Shown here: positions 53,200-62,044 of the stretch, piece by piece
Position numbering within the stretch: position 1 is the stretch's first letter
How the letters are laid out: the number at the start of each line of letters is the position of its first letter
Assembly (NCBI GenBank): GCA_001780775.1
Contig: MFIO01000001.1
Span: 1 to 62,849 of the forward strand
DNA from: Candidatus Giovannonibacteria bacterium RIFCSPLOWO2_12_FULL_43_11c
GTDB lineage: Bacteria; Patescibacteriota; Minisyncoccia; JACPKW01; UBA11713
Reading direction: 5' to 3'
DNA length: 62,849 nt
The notes under the pieces: generated by a model
What the model saw: only the letters and a program-made list of their open reading frames with translations
The model's database searches: none
What the model was told of the DNA's origin: nothing
Translations under genes and position numbers: made by a program

Positions 53200-53415
53200 A
53201 TGATAGTGAACACGGCCGTAGTGGAAGAAGAAGAGGGACCGCTAATCCCATGGGCGGCAAAATACGTGAACCAGGCCGGAAGCCCGGAACAACCGAAGGA
53301 AAAAACTGTCAGAATTGGGCTCTTCTCGAGTCATAAGTCAGCACACGCATTCGCTCGCGGACTGCCCCCACCTTTTTTAGACGGAGTTCTTGAAAGAGTT
53401 GAGCCTGCTTTCTAG
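53200..53415 (+). CDS. Hypothetical small protein
   Basis: 71 aa from the ATG at 53200, with Shine-Dalgarno AGGAGG 6 nt upstream and a terminator downstream. The long track ORF 52789..53415 is mostly antisense shadow. Confidence 0.5.
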   Translation: MIVNTAVVEEEEGPLIPWAAKYVNQAGSPEQPKEKTVRIGLFSSHKSAHAFARGLPPPFLDGVLERVEPAF

Positions 53416-53442
53416 GTTCATCGCCCTCGCCTCAATAATTGC

Positions 53443-53476
53443 GCAACCCCAGTCTCCCGGGGTTGCCTCTTTATTT
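53443..53476 (+). terminator. Rho-independent terminator
   Basis: GCAACCCC-N8-GGGGTTGC followed by CTCTTTATTT. Confidence 0.65.
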
Positions 53477-53499
53477 AAAATAGGCTTATTATTAGGGAT

Positions 53500-54288
53500 A
53501 TGGATTACCTACAAAGCCGAAAAATAAAGGGAATTATATTAGCGGTAGGCGCGTTTTTGACAATGTTTCTCGCGGTTAAATCGTGGGAGGTTATACAAGA
53601 TATCTCCGCGCCAAAACTAGACCGCCCTTCGTTGACGATTTTGGGCGAGGGCAAAATTTTTATAAAACCCGATATCGGGCAGGTTAGTCTATCTGTTGTA
53701 TCAGAGGCGGTTACTGTTGCCGACGCGCAGAAAAAAGCAACGGATGCGATCAATAAAGTTTTCGCATCGCTGAAGGAAAACGGCGTTGAGGAAAAAGATA
53801 TAAAGACAACCAGCTATAATATAAACCCCAAATACTCGAGCTATCCGGCACCGGTCCCGATGTACTATCCGGATGGGACCACGAATCCGAGCGCGCCTAA
53901 AATTGTCGGATACACTGTCTCTCAAAGCTTGGAAGTAAAGATTAGGAATCTCGAAAAAGCCGGAGATATTTTATCCAAAGTTGCTTCTGCTGGCGCGAAT
54001 CAAGTTAGCGGGATTACTTTTACGACCGAGGACCCTTCTCTGGTGCAGGCTGAAGCGAGAGCAAAAGCAATTGATGACGCCAACAAAAAAGGAAAAGAAC
54101 TTGAAGATAAATTAGGAATCAAGCTCGGAAAAATTATCGGCTTCTACGAGTCTGGCGGGCCGTATCCGGTTTATCGCGATTACGCTTTGGGCAAGGGCGG
54201 AGAAATGGCTTCCATTCCGGCGCCCGAAATTCCTGTTGGCGAAAACGAAGTTACCGTAAACGTTAGCGTAACCTACCAGATTAGATAA
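53500..54288 (+). CDS. SIMPL (DUF541) domain protein
   Basis: 262 aa with an N-terminal TM and ...GEGKIFIKPDIGQVSLSV...AQKKATDAINKV...EKDIKTTSYNINP... Confidence 0.75.
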   Translation: MDYLQSRKIKGIILAVGAFLTMFLAVKSWEVIQDISAPKLDRPSLTILGEGKIFIKPDIGQVSLSVVSEAVTVADAQKKATDAINKVFASLKENGVEEKDIKTTSYNINPKYSSYPAPVPMYYPDGTTNPSAPKIVGYTVSQSLEVKIRNLEKAGDILSKVASAGANQVSGITFTTEDPSLVQAEARAKAIDDANKKGKELEDKLGIKLGKIIGFYESGGPYPVYRDYALGKGGEMASIPAPEIPVGENEVTVNVSVTYQIR

Positions 54289-54289
54289 T

Positions 54290-55267
54290 ATGGAACACCC
54301 TTCGACAAGCTCAGGGCAAGCAACCGGACCGCGCGATGTCTTTCTGCAATTTCTCTCGGTGATATCTCTTTACGTCGCCGCTGGAAGCTTTATCACGCTC
54401 ATCTTCCAATATATAAATTATTTGATTCCGGATCCACTTCAGGCGGGCTACGGATATATAACTTCCGTTTTTGATTCGATTCGCTGGTCTATTTCCATTT
54501 TGATTGTAATTTTCCCCGTTTACGCATGGACACTTTGGTTCATGGATAAGGGATATAAGGAAATTCCAGAAAGAATGGCGATGAAATCCAGAAAATGGCT
54601 CGTCTATTTGACCATATTCGTTGCCGCGCTCTTGATGATTGGGGATTTCGTCGCATTGGTTTATCAGCTCTTGCGGGGGGAATTTACTTCAAGCTTCCTT
54701 CTTAAGGTGCTCACCATCATATTGATTGCGGGCGCAGTTTTTATTTACTACCTCAAGGAAATAAAAAGGCAGACGGGGGAGGCCAGATCTTCTTTTGTCA
54801 AAACAGTATCTTATGCCGCAATCGCCGTTGTCGCAGTTTCGATCATTGGTGGATTTTTCATCGTCGGCTCTCCAAAAGAAGAGAGGGCGTATCGTTTTGA
54901 CGAGCAAAGAGTTTCTGATTTGCAGAATATTCAAAATGAAACGGTTTATTTCTGGCAGGCAAAACGGAAGCTTCCCAATGATTTATCTGAATTGAACGAC
55001 AGCATTAGGGGATTTCGCGTTCCGGTGGATCCGGAAAATTCCTCGAATTATATTTACAGAAAAACGGGAAATTTAAGTTTCGATCTTTGCGCCAACTTTG
55101 CCCGAGCGAGCCGAAGCGGACTAGACAGAACTGCGGCTGAAAAGCCGATGCCGATTGGCCAGCCCTACGATATCTCAGGATATTGGGATCATGAGGCCGG
55201 GCAAATATGCTTCCAGAGGACAATCGATCCTGACAAGTTCCCACCACTTGAAAAAACAAAACTGTAA
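54290..55267 (+). CDS. DUF5671-like polytopic membrane protein with a pilin-like C-terminal globular domain
   Basis: 325 aa with 4-5 TM helices. The C-terminal DEQRVSDLQNIQNETVYFWQAKRKLPNDLSELNDSIRGFRVPVDPENSSNYIYRKTGNLSFDLCANF matches the R..DL..IQ..L..Y......P..L..L....P.DP....Y.Y......LCA pseudopilin pattern. Confidence 0.6.
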   Translation: MEHPSTSSGQATGPRDVFLQFLSVISLYVAAGSFITLIFQYINYLIPDPLQAGYGYITSVFDSIRWSISILIVIFPVYAWTLWFMDKGYKEIPERMAMKSRKWLVYLTIFVAALLMIGDFVALVYQLLRGEFTSSFLLKVLTIILIAGAVFIYYLKEIKRQTGEARSSFVKTVSYAAIAVVAVSIIGGFFIVGSPKEERAYRFDEQRVSDLQNIQNETVYFWQAKRKLPNDLSELNDSIRGFRVPVDPENSSNYIYRKTGNLSFDLCANFARASRSGLDRTAAEKPMPIGQPYDISGYWDHEAGQICFQRTIDPDKFPPLEKTKL

Positions 55268-55709
55268 AATCTACCTAATTCTCCATAATATCCGGAGCGT
55301 ATATAATGTAGGCGCGATTTTCCGCACGGCCGACGCGGCCGGCGTTTCGAAAATTTATTTGACCGGATATACTCCGGATCCTGCTCAAAAAACTGCGCTC
55401 GGTGCCCAGAAATTTGTTTTGCGGGAGCGAAAACGCGATATCGGAGAGCTTATTAAAAATCTTTGGACATCCGATGTCCAAATTGTTGCGCTGGAGCAGG
55501 CAAAAAATGCGATTGATTATCGAAAATTTAAGCCAATATTTCCGATTGCCTTAATCTTAGGAAACGAGGTTCGCGGCCTATCGCCGGCATTACTAAAGAA
55601 GTGCAACAAAATAATTCAAATTCCGATCTATGGCAAAAAAGAATCTTTGAATGTATCCGTCGCGGCTGGCATAGCTCTATTTGAATTAATACGAACTCTC
55701 GGCGATTAA
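55191..55709 (+). CDS. SpoU/TrmH-family RNA 2'-O-methyltransferase
   Basis: Motifs NVGAIFRTADAAGV, LGNEVRGLS and SLNVSVAAGIALFEL. The start is uncertain: ATG 55191 overlaps the upstream gene by 77 nt, and an in-frame TTG at 55248 is the alternative. Confidence 0.8.
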   Translation: MRPGKYASRGQSILTSSHHLKKQNCKIYLILHNIRSVYNVGAIFRTADAAGVSKIYLTGYTPDPAQKTALGAQKFVLRERKRDIGELIKNLWTSDVQIVALEQAKNAIDYRKFKPIFPIALILGNEVRGLSPALLKKCNKIIQIPIYGKKESLNVSVAAGIALFELIRTLGD

Positions 55710-56606
55710 ATCTCTAGATTGGCTTAAAAGGAGCACATCTTCGTGCCGATTATCCCAAAATTCCCGCGAGAGGCCTAAGTAAATCCGCCATTCTTTATAA
55801 TCGAAATCTGAATCGTTTTTGAAATCATTTATGCATCCGGGGTAGCTCGCGTGTTCTCCAATAAAGTTGGCGCACTTATTATCGATTCCGGTTTGAAAAT
55901 TTATTATTGGTGTTGTGCAGTATGGGAGCGAGTCCAAATATTTTTCGCATTTCTCCGGAAGGTCGCGAACTTGGGGCAAATCCGAGATATGAGGGCAAAA
56001 ACTTGAGATCGAGGGGGAATAGGTTTTCGATTGCGCGAGGTATCCCGAGCACTTATTTAATTTGAAATTAAATCCTCTTGGAGAAGGAGCTGTAGAAATT
56101 ATTGCCCTTTCTCCGGGATTAAGGACTATTGAGTTTCCGAATTCATCAGACCCGATTCTAACGCTCTCGTTGTTTTTATTTTTCAAGATGAGCCCGGTTA
56201 TTATTACTTTTCCGCGGTTCGAAGATGGAGCGGAGAGCTGAACGTACTCTTCAGCATAGCCGAGCCTCGTCGAACCGAAGGCCTGTAGGGTGATGTTATC
56301 TTTAGTCGCTTGCGTCGATACTGTCGCGGAAATTGAACTGCCTATCTGAGAAGGAGGAGAAACTGGAGACGGAGGAGTTACTGGCTGCGGCTGGCCGATT
56401 CCGGAAGATCCGGAAGTCCCGCTTATTTCTTCTTCGACGGAACCGCTTCCGGACGGCGAGCCAAATTTAATTCCGCTATTTCCAAAAAGACCGCTCGAAT
56501 TTCCGCGCGAAGAAAAAAGCGCCGCGATTAGGACAACGGCAAAAAGCAAAATCCCCGCATCAGAACCTCCTCCACCTCCACCGCCTTCACCTCTTTTTTC
56601 CGCCAT
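55686..56606 (-). CDS. Hypothetical N-terminally anchored protein with a poly-Gly N-terminus and a Cys-containing C-terminal domain
   Basis: 306 aa with MAEKRGEGGGGGGGSD followed by a TM and a Ser/Gly/Pro linker. The central region resembles a lamin-tail-like beta domain (weak). Confidence 0.55.
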   Translation of the reverse strand: MAEKRGEGGGGGGGSDAGILLFAVVLIAALFSSRGNSSGLFGNSGIKFGSPSGSGSVEEEISGTSGSSGIGQPQPVTPPSPVSPPSQIGSSISATVSTQATKDNITLQAFGSTRLGYAEEYVQLSAPSSNRGKVIITGLILKNKNNESVRIGSDEFGNSIVLNPGERAIISTAPSPRGFNFKLNKCSGYLAQSKTYSPSISSFCPHISDLPQVRDLPEKCEKYLDSLPYCTTPIINFQTGIDNKCANFIGEHASYPGCINDFKNDSDFDYKEWRIYLGLSREFWDNRHEDVLLLSQSRDLIAESSY

Positions 56607-56692
56607 ATAAAGATATTTTAAGCCAAAATCATTAATTTGACAATTAGTAAGAAATAAGGTAATGTTATGAAAATTTGTTAAGGGAGGGGACT

Positions 56693-57130
56693 ATGCTTAA
56701 AAATCCGTTGGTATTAGCTTTTATTGCTTCATTGTTTTTTGGAATCTGCCCTATACTCTTCAAGCTTGCGATAAGTAGCGGGCCAGCGCCTGACGTTGTG
56801 ATCTGGGTTGGGGCCGGTGTAACAATAGGCGGATGCGTCTGGAAGTTTTTTGAAGGAGGATCGCTTAGCTACTCCTGGTCGCTGATCTGGAACTCCACAT
56901 TTAGCGGGATTATTTATACGGCTGGCCTGGTCTGTGCATTGCTTGCGCTCAAAAGCGAAGGCGGGTATCTTTCCTTGATCGTCCCGATTTACAATATCAA
57001 TACAATCTGGACGATGCTTGCGGGATTGATTTACTTTAACGAGTACCAAAAAGTCTCCATTTCGCACGCAGTGATAGGCGCCGTATTGATTATTATCGGA
57101 GGAGGATTTATCGGCCTTGCAAAAAAGTAA
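56693..57130 (+). CDS. Small EamA/DMT-like 4-5-TM membrane protein
   Basis: 145 aa from the ATG at 56693, with Shine-Dalgarno GGGAGGGG. Hydrophobic throughout. Confidence 0.55.
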   Translation: MLKNPLVLAFIASLFFGICPILFKLAISSGPAPDVVIWVGAGVTIGGCVWKFFEGGSLSYSWSLIWNSTFSGIIYTAGLVCALLALKSEGGYLSLIVPIYNINTIWTMLAGLIYFNEYQKVSISHAVIGAVLIIIGGGFIGLAKK

Positions 57131-57139
57131 GGAGGACTA

Positions 57140-57322
57140 ATGTCAAAGCGAGGCAGAAATTTCTCGGGAGAGTATTGGCAAATTCCCCCAAAGCCAAACA
57201 GAGAAGAACGAAAAAAAATCAGAGGCATTTTAAGGGGGAGGGTAGAGAGGAGTAGGACTAGGCGAGAACGCCCAAGTCTAACGGCTCTCTTTGAGAAAGA
57301 ACTTCAAAAGAAGAATAATTAA
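57140..57322 (+). CDS. Hypothetical small basic protein
   Basis: 60 aa, Arg/Lys-rich, with a strong Shine-Dalgarno (TAAGGAGGactaATG) and a strong terminator downstream. Confidence 0.45.
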   Translation: MSKRGRNFSGEYWQIPPKPNREERKKIRGILRGRVERSRTRRERPSLTALFEKELQKKNN

Positions 57323-57345
57323 ATGGAGGGACATTGCGTAGCTAG

Positions 57346-57380
57346 GAAGGGTATCCGGACGGATGACCCTTCTTTTTTTT
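57346..57380 (+). terminator. Rho-independent terminator
   Basis: GAAGGGTATCC-ggac-GGATgACCCTTC followed by T8. Confidence 0.8.
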
Positions 57381-57404
57381 GGGAAATTAGTGTAATATAG
57401 CCCT

Positions 57405-57749
57405 ATGTTGAGTGTTTTTCCGCAATTGTTTTTTCTCGAGCAAATAGCCCCGTTTATACTGCGCCTGGCTTTGGGCGCTATTTTTATCTTGCGTGGGTAT
57501 AAAAAACTAAAAAGCGCGGAGAAAAATATGTGGACGCGAGTTGTTATAGTCGCGGAACTCGGTGGAGGAATTTTGCTTCTCGCTGGATTTTTGACGCAAA
57601 TTGCCACGATAGTTATTGCGCTCGACCGAATCGGCGCGCTTTGGAAAAATAAATTTCAAAACTGGGAATTTGATTTGATCCTTCTGACCGCGGCGATCTC
57701 GTTGATTTTCCTCGGCCCCGGATTTTTATCGATTGACTTTCCATTTTAA
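57405..57749 (+). CDS. DoxX-family membrane protein
   Basis: 114 aa with ...ILRLALGAIFILRGYKKL... and four hydrophobic segments. Confidence 0.65.
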   Translation: MLSVFPQLFFLEQIAPFILRLALGAIFILRGYKKLKSAEKNMWTRVVIVAELGGGILLLAGFLTQIATIVIALDRIGALWKNKFQNWEFDLILLTAAISLIFLGPGFLSIDFPF

Positions 57750-57752
57750 AAT

Positions 57753-58241
57753 ATGCCCGAGAATGCCAAATTTAATTGCGAGGGGATATTGATAACTTTC
57801 GACGAGCTTGTTGGGAAGCTTTTGGATTTTATAAATGACAAGCCCGAGAGAGAATATAAAATAGTTGTTGGGACGGATTCGAGGGCGGATAAGGAAGTCC
57901 ATCTGATTACCGCAGTTTCGATAGTCCGCGTCGGCAACGGTGGAAGATATTTTTGGACAAAGTCCGGGATAGTCATTGTGCCTACGATGCGCGAGCGAAT
58001 TTATAAAGAAGTAATGTATTCGATCGCGTTTACGCAAGAATTGAAATCGAGATTAAAGGACAAGCTCGGTGACGAATATTTCTGGGATAAAAAAATTTCC
58101 GTGCATCTTGATGTTGGGCAGAAAGGCCCTACCAAAGAGCTCGTTGACGCCGTCGTTGGCATGGTCAAGGGATACGGATTTGAAGCCGTCATCAAGCCGG
58201 ATTCCTACGCCGCGTTTGTGCTGGCCGATCGGCATACATAA
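57753..58241 (+). CDS. DUF458 / YkuK-like RNase H-fold protein
   Basis: 162 aa with KIVVGTDS...HLITAVSIVRVGNGGRYF...VHLDVG... Confidence 0.6.
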   Translation: MPENAKFNCEGILITFDELVGKLLDFINDKPEREYKIVVGTDSRADKEVHLITAVSIVRVGNGGRYFWTKSGIVIVPTMRERIYKEVMYSIAFTQELKSRLKDKLGDEYFWDKKISVHLDVGQKGPTKELVDAVVGMVKGYGFEAVIKPDSYAAFVLADRHT

Positions 58242-58243
58242 TT

Positions 58244-58315
58244 GTCCTCGTCGTCCAATGGATAGGACACAAGCCTCCGAAGTTTGAGATCCGAGTTCGA
58301 CTCTCGGCGAGGACG
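58244..58315 (+). tRNA. tRNA-Arg (anticodon CCG)
   Basis: Hand fold: acceptor GTCCTCG/CGAGGAC, D stem GTCC/GGAC, anticodon loop CTCCGAA, T arm CCGAG-TTCGACT-CTCGG. No encoded CCA. Confidence 0.9.
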
Positions 58316-58330
58316 CATTATAATAAAACT

Positions 58331-58714
58331 ATGCAAGGAAAGCCGAAAATAATATTAGTTGACGATAGCGATCAGAAGCGCGCGACCTATTCGGATAAAT
58401 TTAGGTCCGAGGGATTCGAAGTACTCGAGGCGGTGGATGGCAAAAAAGGCCTTGAGATGATTAAAGAGAAAAAGCCTGATTTGATTTTCACGGGGATCGA
58501 TATGCCGGAGATGGATGGGTTCACTATGATCCGCGAACTCAAAAAAGACCCCGAGCTATCTAAAATTCCGATTATGATCAGCTCGCACATGAACAGGAAA
58601 GCAGACCAGATAACAGCAAAAGAATTAGGCGTTCAGGAATTTATATATTATGGCTTTGTTACGGTAAATGAAGTTGTCAAAAAAGCGCGGAATCTTTTTG
58701 GGGAGAAAAAATAA
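58331..58714 (+). CDS. Stand-alone response-regulator receiver domain protein
   Basis: 127 aa with ILVDDSD, LIFTGIDMPEMDG and ...ISSH... Confidence 0.8.
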   Translation: MQGKPKIILVDDSDQKRATYSDKFRSEGFEVLEAVDGKKGLEMIKEKKPDLIFTGIDMPEMDGFTMIRELKKDPELSKIPIMISSHMNRKADQITAKELGVQEFIYYGFVTVNEVVKKARNLFGEKK

Positions 58715-58718
58715 ATCT

Positions 58719-58789
58719 CGGGCTGTAGTATAGAGGTAGTACACAAGGCTGGGGGTCTTGTAGTCGGGGTTCGATTCCCCGCAGCCCGA
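58719..58789 (+). tRNA. tRNA-Pro (anticodon GGG)
   Basis: Hand fold: acceptor CGGGCTG/CAGCCCG, anticodon stem CAAGG/TCTTG, loop CTGGGGG, T arm CGGGG-TTCGATT-CCCCG. No encoded CCA. Confidence 0.85.
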
Positions 58790-61114
58790 CTAAAGATTTG
58801 CTAATTCTTGGGAAGTTATCTCAAATTCCCTCCCGTTTTTGATCTGGCCGCGGATTATTTTCTCTGAAATTATTTTCTCGATTTTATCTTGGATGAATCT
58901 TTGCATGGGGCGCGCGCCCATCGCAGGATTGTACCCGCCTTTGGCGACCGCATCAACGAGCGCGTCATTTATTTTAAGAATATAATTTTCGCGCTCAAGC
59001 CTTTGTTTTAATTTATTTAAGGAAATTTTTGCGATTTTAGTCAGCACCTCAATTCCCAGCGGGTGGAAGATTACGACGGAATCGAAGCGGTTCAATAATT
59101 CTGGGCTGATTATCTTGTCCTGGTGAATTTTTGAGATTATTTTCTCAACCATCCCGGAAGGATCGGCATTCTCTTTTATCATCTGCCAGATTAATTCCGA
59201 CCCGGCGTTCGACGTCGCAATTATTATAGCATTTCGCATATTTATTTTTTTTCCCTGGAAATCCGTGAAAAATCCTTCGTCAAGAACTTGAAGGAATAGG
59301 TTGCGGACTTTCGGATTGGATTTTTCAAACTCATCGAGTAACAAAACCGCGTACGGCTGGGAGGATATTTTTGATGCAAGCAAGCCCGGCTCGTTTTTCT
59401 CAAAGGAGCCGATCAGGCGGTTTATGCTATCCTCGGCTTGATATTCGGACATATCAAAACGGATCATGGATTCTTCACTTTTGAAATATATATAGGCGAG
59501 CGCTTTTGCCGTTTCCGTTTTTCCAACGCCAGTCGGACCCAAAAAAAGAAAACTCGCGAGTGGTTTTTGGCGGCTTTCGATTCCGGATCTCACTCTCCTA
59601 ACGGCGTTCGCGACGGCATTTGTCGCCTCAGTCTGCCCGACTACGCGCTCCGCCAAGATTTTCTCAAGGTTTAGAAGTTTTCCCTTTTCTCCTTCCGATA
59701 TCTCTCCCAGAGGCATTTTCGTTTTTTTGCCGACAATATCCAAAACGATCTCAAGGGGAATTATCTTCTCCCTTTTAATAATCCCCTCACTAAAGACATC
59801 TTTAAGAAGTTCAACCGCTCGCTTGGGCATAGTTCCTTCAACTATATTTTGTTCGGCAACTTCGGCAGTTTTTTCAAGCGCCGGATAAGAGATTATAATT
59901 TTATATCTTAGGGATTTTTCAATTGCCACTGCTTCGTTTTCCAAAATTTCAATGACATATTCAGGGCTCGACTCCTCAAGATCAATCCTTTCAAAAAATT
60001 TCATAAAAGCCTGATTCGATTCCAGAATTTTCCTGGCGCTTGTCTTATCCGCAAGCGCTATTATATGAATCGCTGGATTTGAAAGATAAGGGAATAAAAG
60101 TTCAAGGGCGTTTATTCCCGTATTTGCGAGCGATTCCACGAATTCCGGAAAATTATCTATCGCTAGAATTATGTTCCCCGCGCGAACTGTTTCATTCATG
60201 AGCTTGATAATTATCGCTTCGGCGTCTCCCTTTGTTTTCCCTGACGCGATTATCGATTCCGCATAGAACTTAAATACGCGCTTATGCTCGAGGGTCGGGA
60301 AAATTTTTCCTTCCGATATGGCTCGAGTGAGGCCCAAGAGAAGCGTATGTTTTCCGACTCCGGCTGCGCCGACTACGAGGACATTCGCCCCGGCGCTCTT
60401 AAGCAAAGCACGCTCAATCAATTCCATTTCGCGATCCTTGCCGATGATCTCCTCCTTAAGGGCTTCAGCTTGCGGGGCAAGATCATACGCAAATTTTTCA
60501 AGAAAATATGTTTCTCCGTAAGCGAAATTTTTTCCCAATCCTGGAAGCCGCGCCAAATGTTTCCGTCCCCACCATCGCCTAGAGAGTATTTCATCCGTAA
60601 TTTCACGCTCCGCCCAAGAGGCGGCTTTCTTGACGCTCGATATTTTGATATTTCTATCAATGATTATATTTTTTAAATTTGAGTTTTCAAAAAGGGAAGT
60701 AGCGATATCTGTAAAAGAACTCCCTCCAGGATTTTCCGGCGCGATTTGAGAAAGGCTTTCTTCTTGCATTCCAAGCCGGAAAACAAATTTATGCCAAGCT
60801 GGATTTTGCAAGAAATCTAGAGTGGCAAGGTAGCCTCTTATGTCGCTAGTTTTTGAATTGAAAAACGAATCAAGAGCTAAAATAACCAAGCGGCAGGAAG
60901 CGAACATATATAATAAACCAAGCCAGAAATTGGAAGAAGGGAAAGCAAACGCGTATTCCTGTAGCACCGCGCTTCCCGAGAATTTTAAAACCGCGGAGTA
61001 AGTTACGGGCAGTAGAAAAACTAGAATTCCGATGTTAAAAATTATCCCCAATCCGTGCCTTGCCGGCGATGGGAAGATTTTTTCTAATACTAGGACTCCT
61101 GTGAATTTACTCAT
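58790..61114 (-). CDS. Membrane-anchored Clp/Hsp100-like AAA+ protein with a degenerate first nucleotide-binding domain
   Basis: 774 aa with N-terminal hydrophobic helices. In NBD1, Walker A is GAAGVGKH and the Walker B position reads ILAIDNFPE, with no catalytic Glu. NBD2 is canonical: GPTGVGKTETAKALA, LLLDEFEKS, GARPMQRFIQ. Confidence 0.8.
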   Translation of the reverse strand: MSKFTGVLVLEKIFPSPARHGLGIIFNIGILVFLLPVTYSAVLKFSGSAVLQEYAFAFPSSNFWLGLLYMFASCRLVILALDSFFNSKTSDIRGYLATLDFLQNPAWHKFVFRLGMQEESLSQIAPENPGGSSFTDIATSLFENSNLKNIIIDRNIKISSVKKAASWAEREITDEILSRRWWGRKHLARLPGLGKNFAYGETYFLEKFAYDLAPQAEALKEEIIGKDREMELIERALLKSAGANVLVVGAAGVGKHTLLLGLTRAISEGKIFPTLEHKRVFKFYAESIIASGKTKGDAEAIIIKLMNETVRAGNIILAIDNFPEFVESLANTGINALELLFPYLSNPAIHIIALADKTSARKILESNQAFMKFFERIDLEESSPEYVIEILENEAVAIEKSLRYKIIISYPALEKTAEVAEQNIVEGTMPKRAVELLKDVFSEGIIKREKIIPLEIVLDIVGKKTKMPLGEISEGEKGKLLNLEKILAERVVGQTEATNAVANAVRRVRSGIESRQKPLASFLFLGPTGVGKTETAKALAYIYFKSEESMIRFDMSEYQAEDSINRLIGSFEKNEPGLLASKISSQPYAVLLLDEFEKSNPKVRNLFLQVLDEGFFTDFQGKKINMRNAIIIATSNAGSELIWQMIKENADPSGMVEKIISKIHQDKIISPELLNRFDSVVIFHPLGIEVLTKIAKISLNKLKQRLERENYILKINDALVDAVAKGGYNPAMGARPMQRFIQDKIEKIISEKIIRGQIKNGREFEITSQELANL

Positions 61115-61507
61115 CTATAAGAGAAAAAGAGTAAGACCGCCGATAAAAAGAATAGGGACCAAAACAGGAAAAATAAGCCATGAGATAAAAGAAATTATAA
61201 ATAAAATGGCTAGAAATAATTCCGATAAAATGCCGGATATAATTAAAGCGGAGCGGAGTAGAACGCCAACGATTCTAGAAATTATATTTACAACAAGCGA
61301 TTCAAAGAGCGCCTGCGGACTAAATCCGCTGCCGCTATATCTTTCTTCGAGCCGCCATATGGGGGAGATAAGGGTTTTCGACAGTATTCCGATTGAAAAG
61401 AAATGATAAAAAAACCAGACGAGATTTCCAAAGATCCCAATCATTTCCGAAATCGCCCGGCTATAGTGCCAGAAAATATACTCGAAAAAAAGAATCGCCA
61501 TCCCCAT
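61115..61507 (-). CDS. Hypothetical polytopic membrane protein abutting the Clp-like gene
   Basis: 130 aa with 4 TM helices. Its stop codon is directly adjacent to the Clp-like ATG (0-nt gap). Confidence 0.6.
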   Translation of the reverse strand: MGMAILFFEYIFWHYSRAISEMIGIFGNLVWFFYHFFSIGILSKTLISPIWRLEERYSGSGFSPQALFESLVVNIISRIVGVLLRSALIISGILSELFLAILFIISFISWLIFPVLVPILFIGGLTLFLL

Positions 61508-61606
61508 CTACATATTATATAGCAAGAGGGGAAATTTTGTCCGCCCCTTGCGGAGCAGACTTGGTGGTGCTATTTTGATGAGTAAATTGAGAGGAGGGGA
61601 TAGCCT

Positions 61607-62017
61607 ATGAAAGTTCTTGTCCAGTTCAAAATAACTCTGGTTAATGATAGCGGAAAGGTGCTTGAAGATGATGTACAACACGATATCGAAGAAGTTCTGG
61701 AAGTTGAAGCTACGGCGGGGTTGATGAGAATAGAGAAAGACGTCTCTCATCTTTGCTTGTCCGAGTCCGTTGTGATTGGGGCAGGAAAAAGTGTTTCGGT
61801 CGTCGTTGCGGATTGGCTGAAAAAGCTCTGCGGTTTGAGCTCCTACATTCCGTATAGAGAGAAAAGGCGGCATGAGATAGCCTCAATCCGTGAAGGTTTA
61901 CGCAAGGTTTCAGACGAAGAGCTGGATCAGCAGTACGTCTCGATGGGCATTACGGATTCAGGAATAGCGGAGGCTTACAAAGCCGAGTATGAAGATCGCA
62001 GTCGAGCACTTCCGTAA
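61607..62017 (+). CDS. Hypothetical protein
   Basis: 136 aa with Shine-Dalgarno GAGGAGGGG upstream and a terminator downstream. No family recognised. Confidence 0.55.
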   Translation: MKVLVQFKITLVNDSGKVLEDDVQHDIEEVLEVEATAGLMRIEKDVSHLCLSESVVIGAGKSVSVVVADWLKKLCGLSSYIPYREKRRHEIASIREGLRKVSDEELDQQYVSMGITDSGIAEAYKAEYEDRSRALP

Positions 62018-62044
62018 TTTCCAGGTTGTTGCAAAACAGGAAGC

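Noticed and set aside
53031-53213. 60-aa minus-strand ORF, and a 15-codon micro-ORF with GGAGG 2 nt from its ATG, in the divergent control region
   Set aside because: The 60-aa ORF has no Shine-Dalgarno and overlaps the start of 53200..53415. The micro-ORF has a Shine-Dalgarno spacing too short for efficient initiation.
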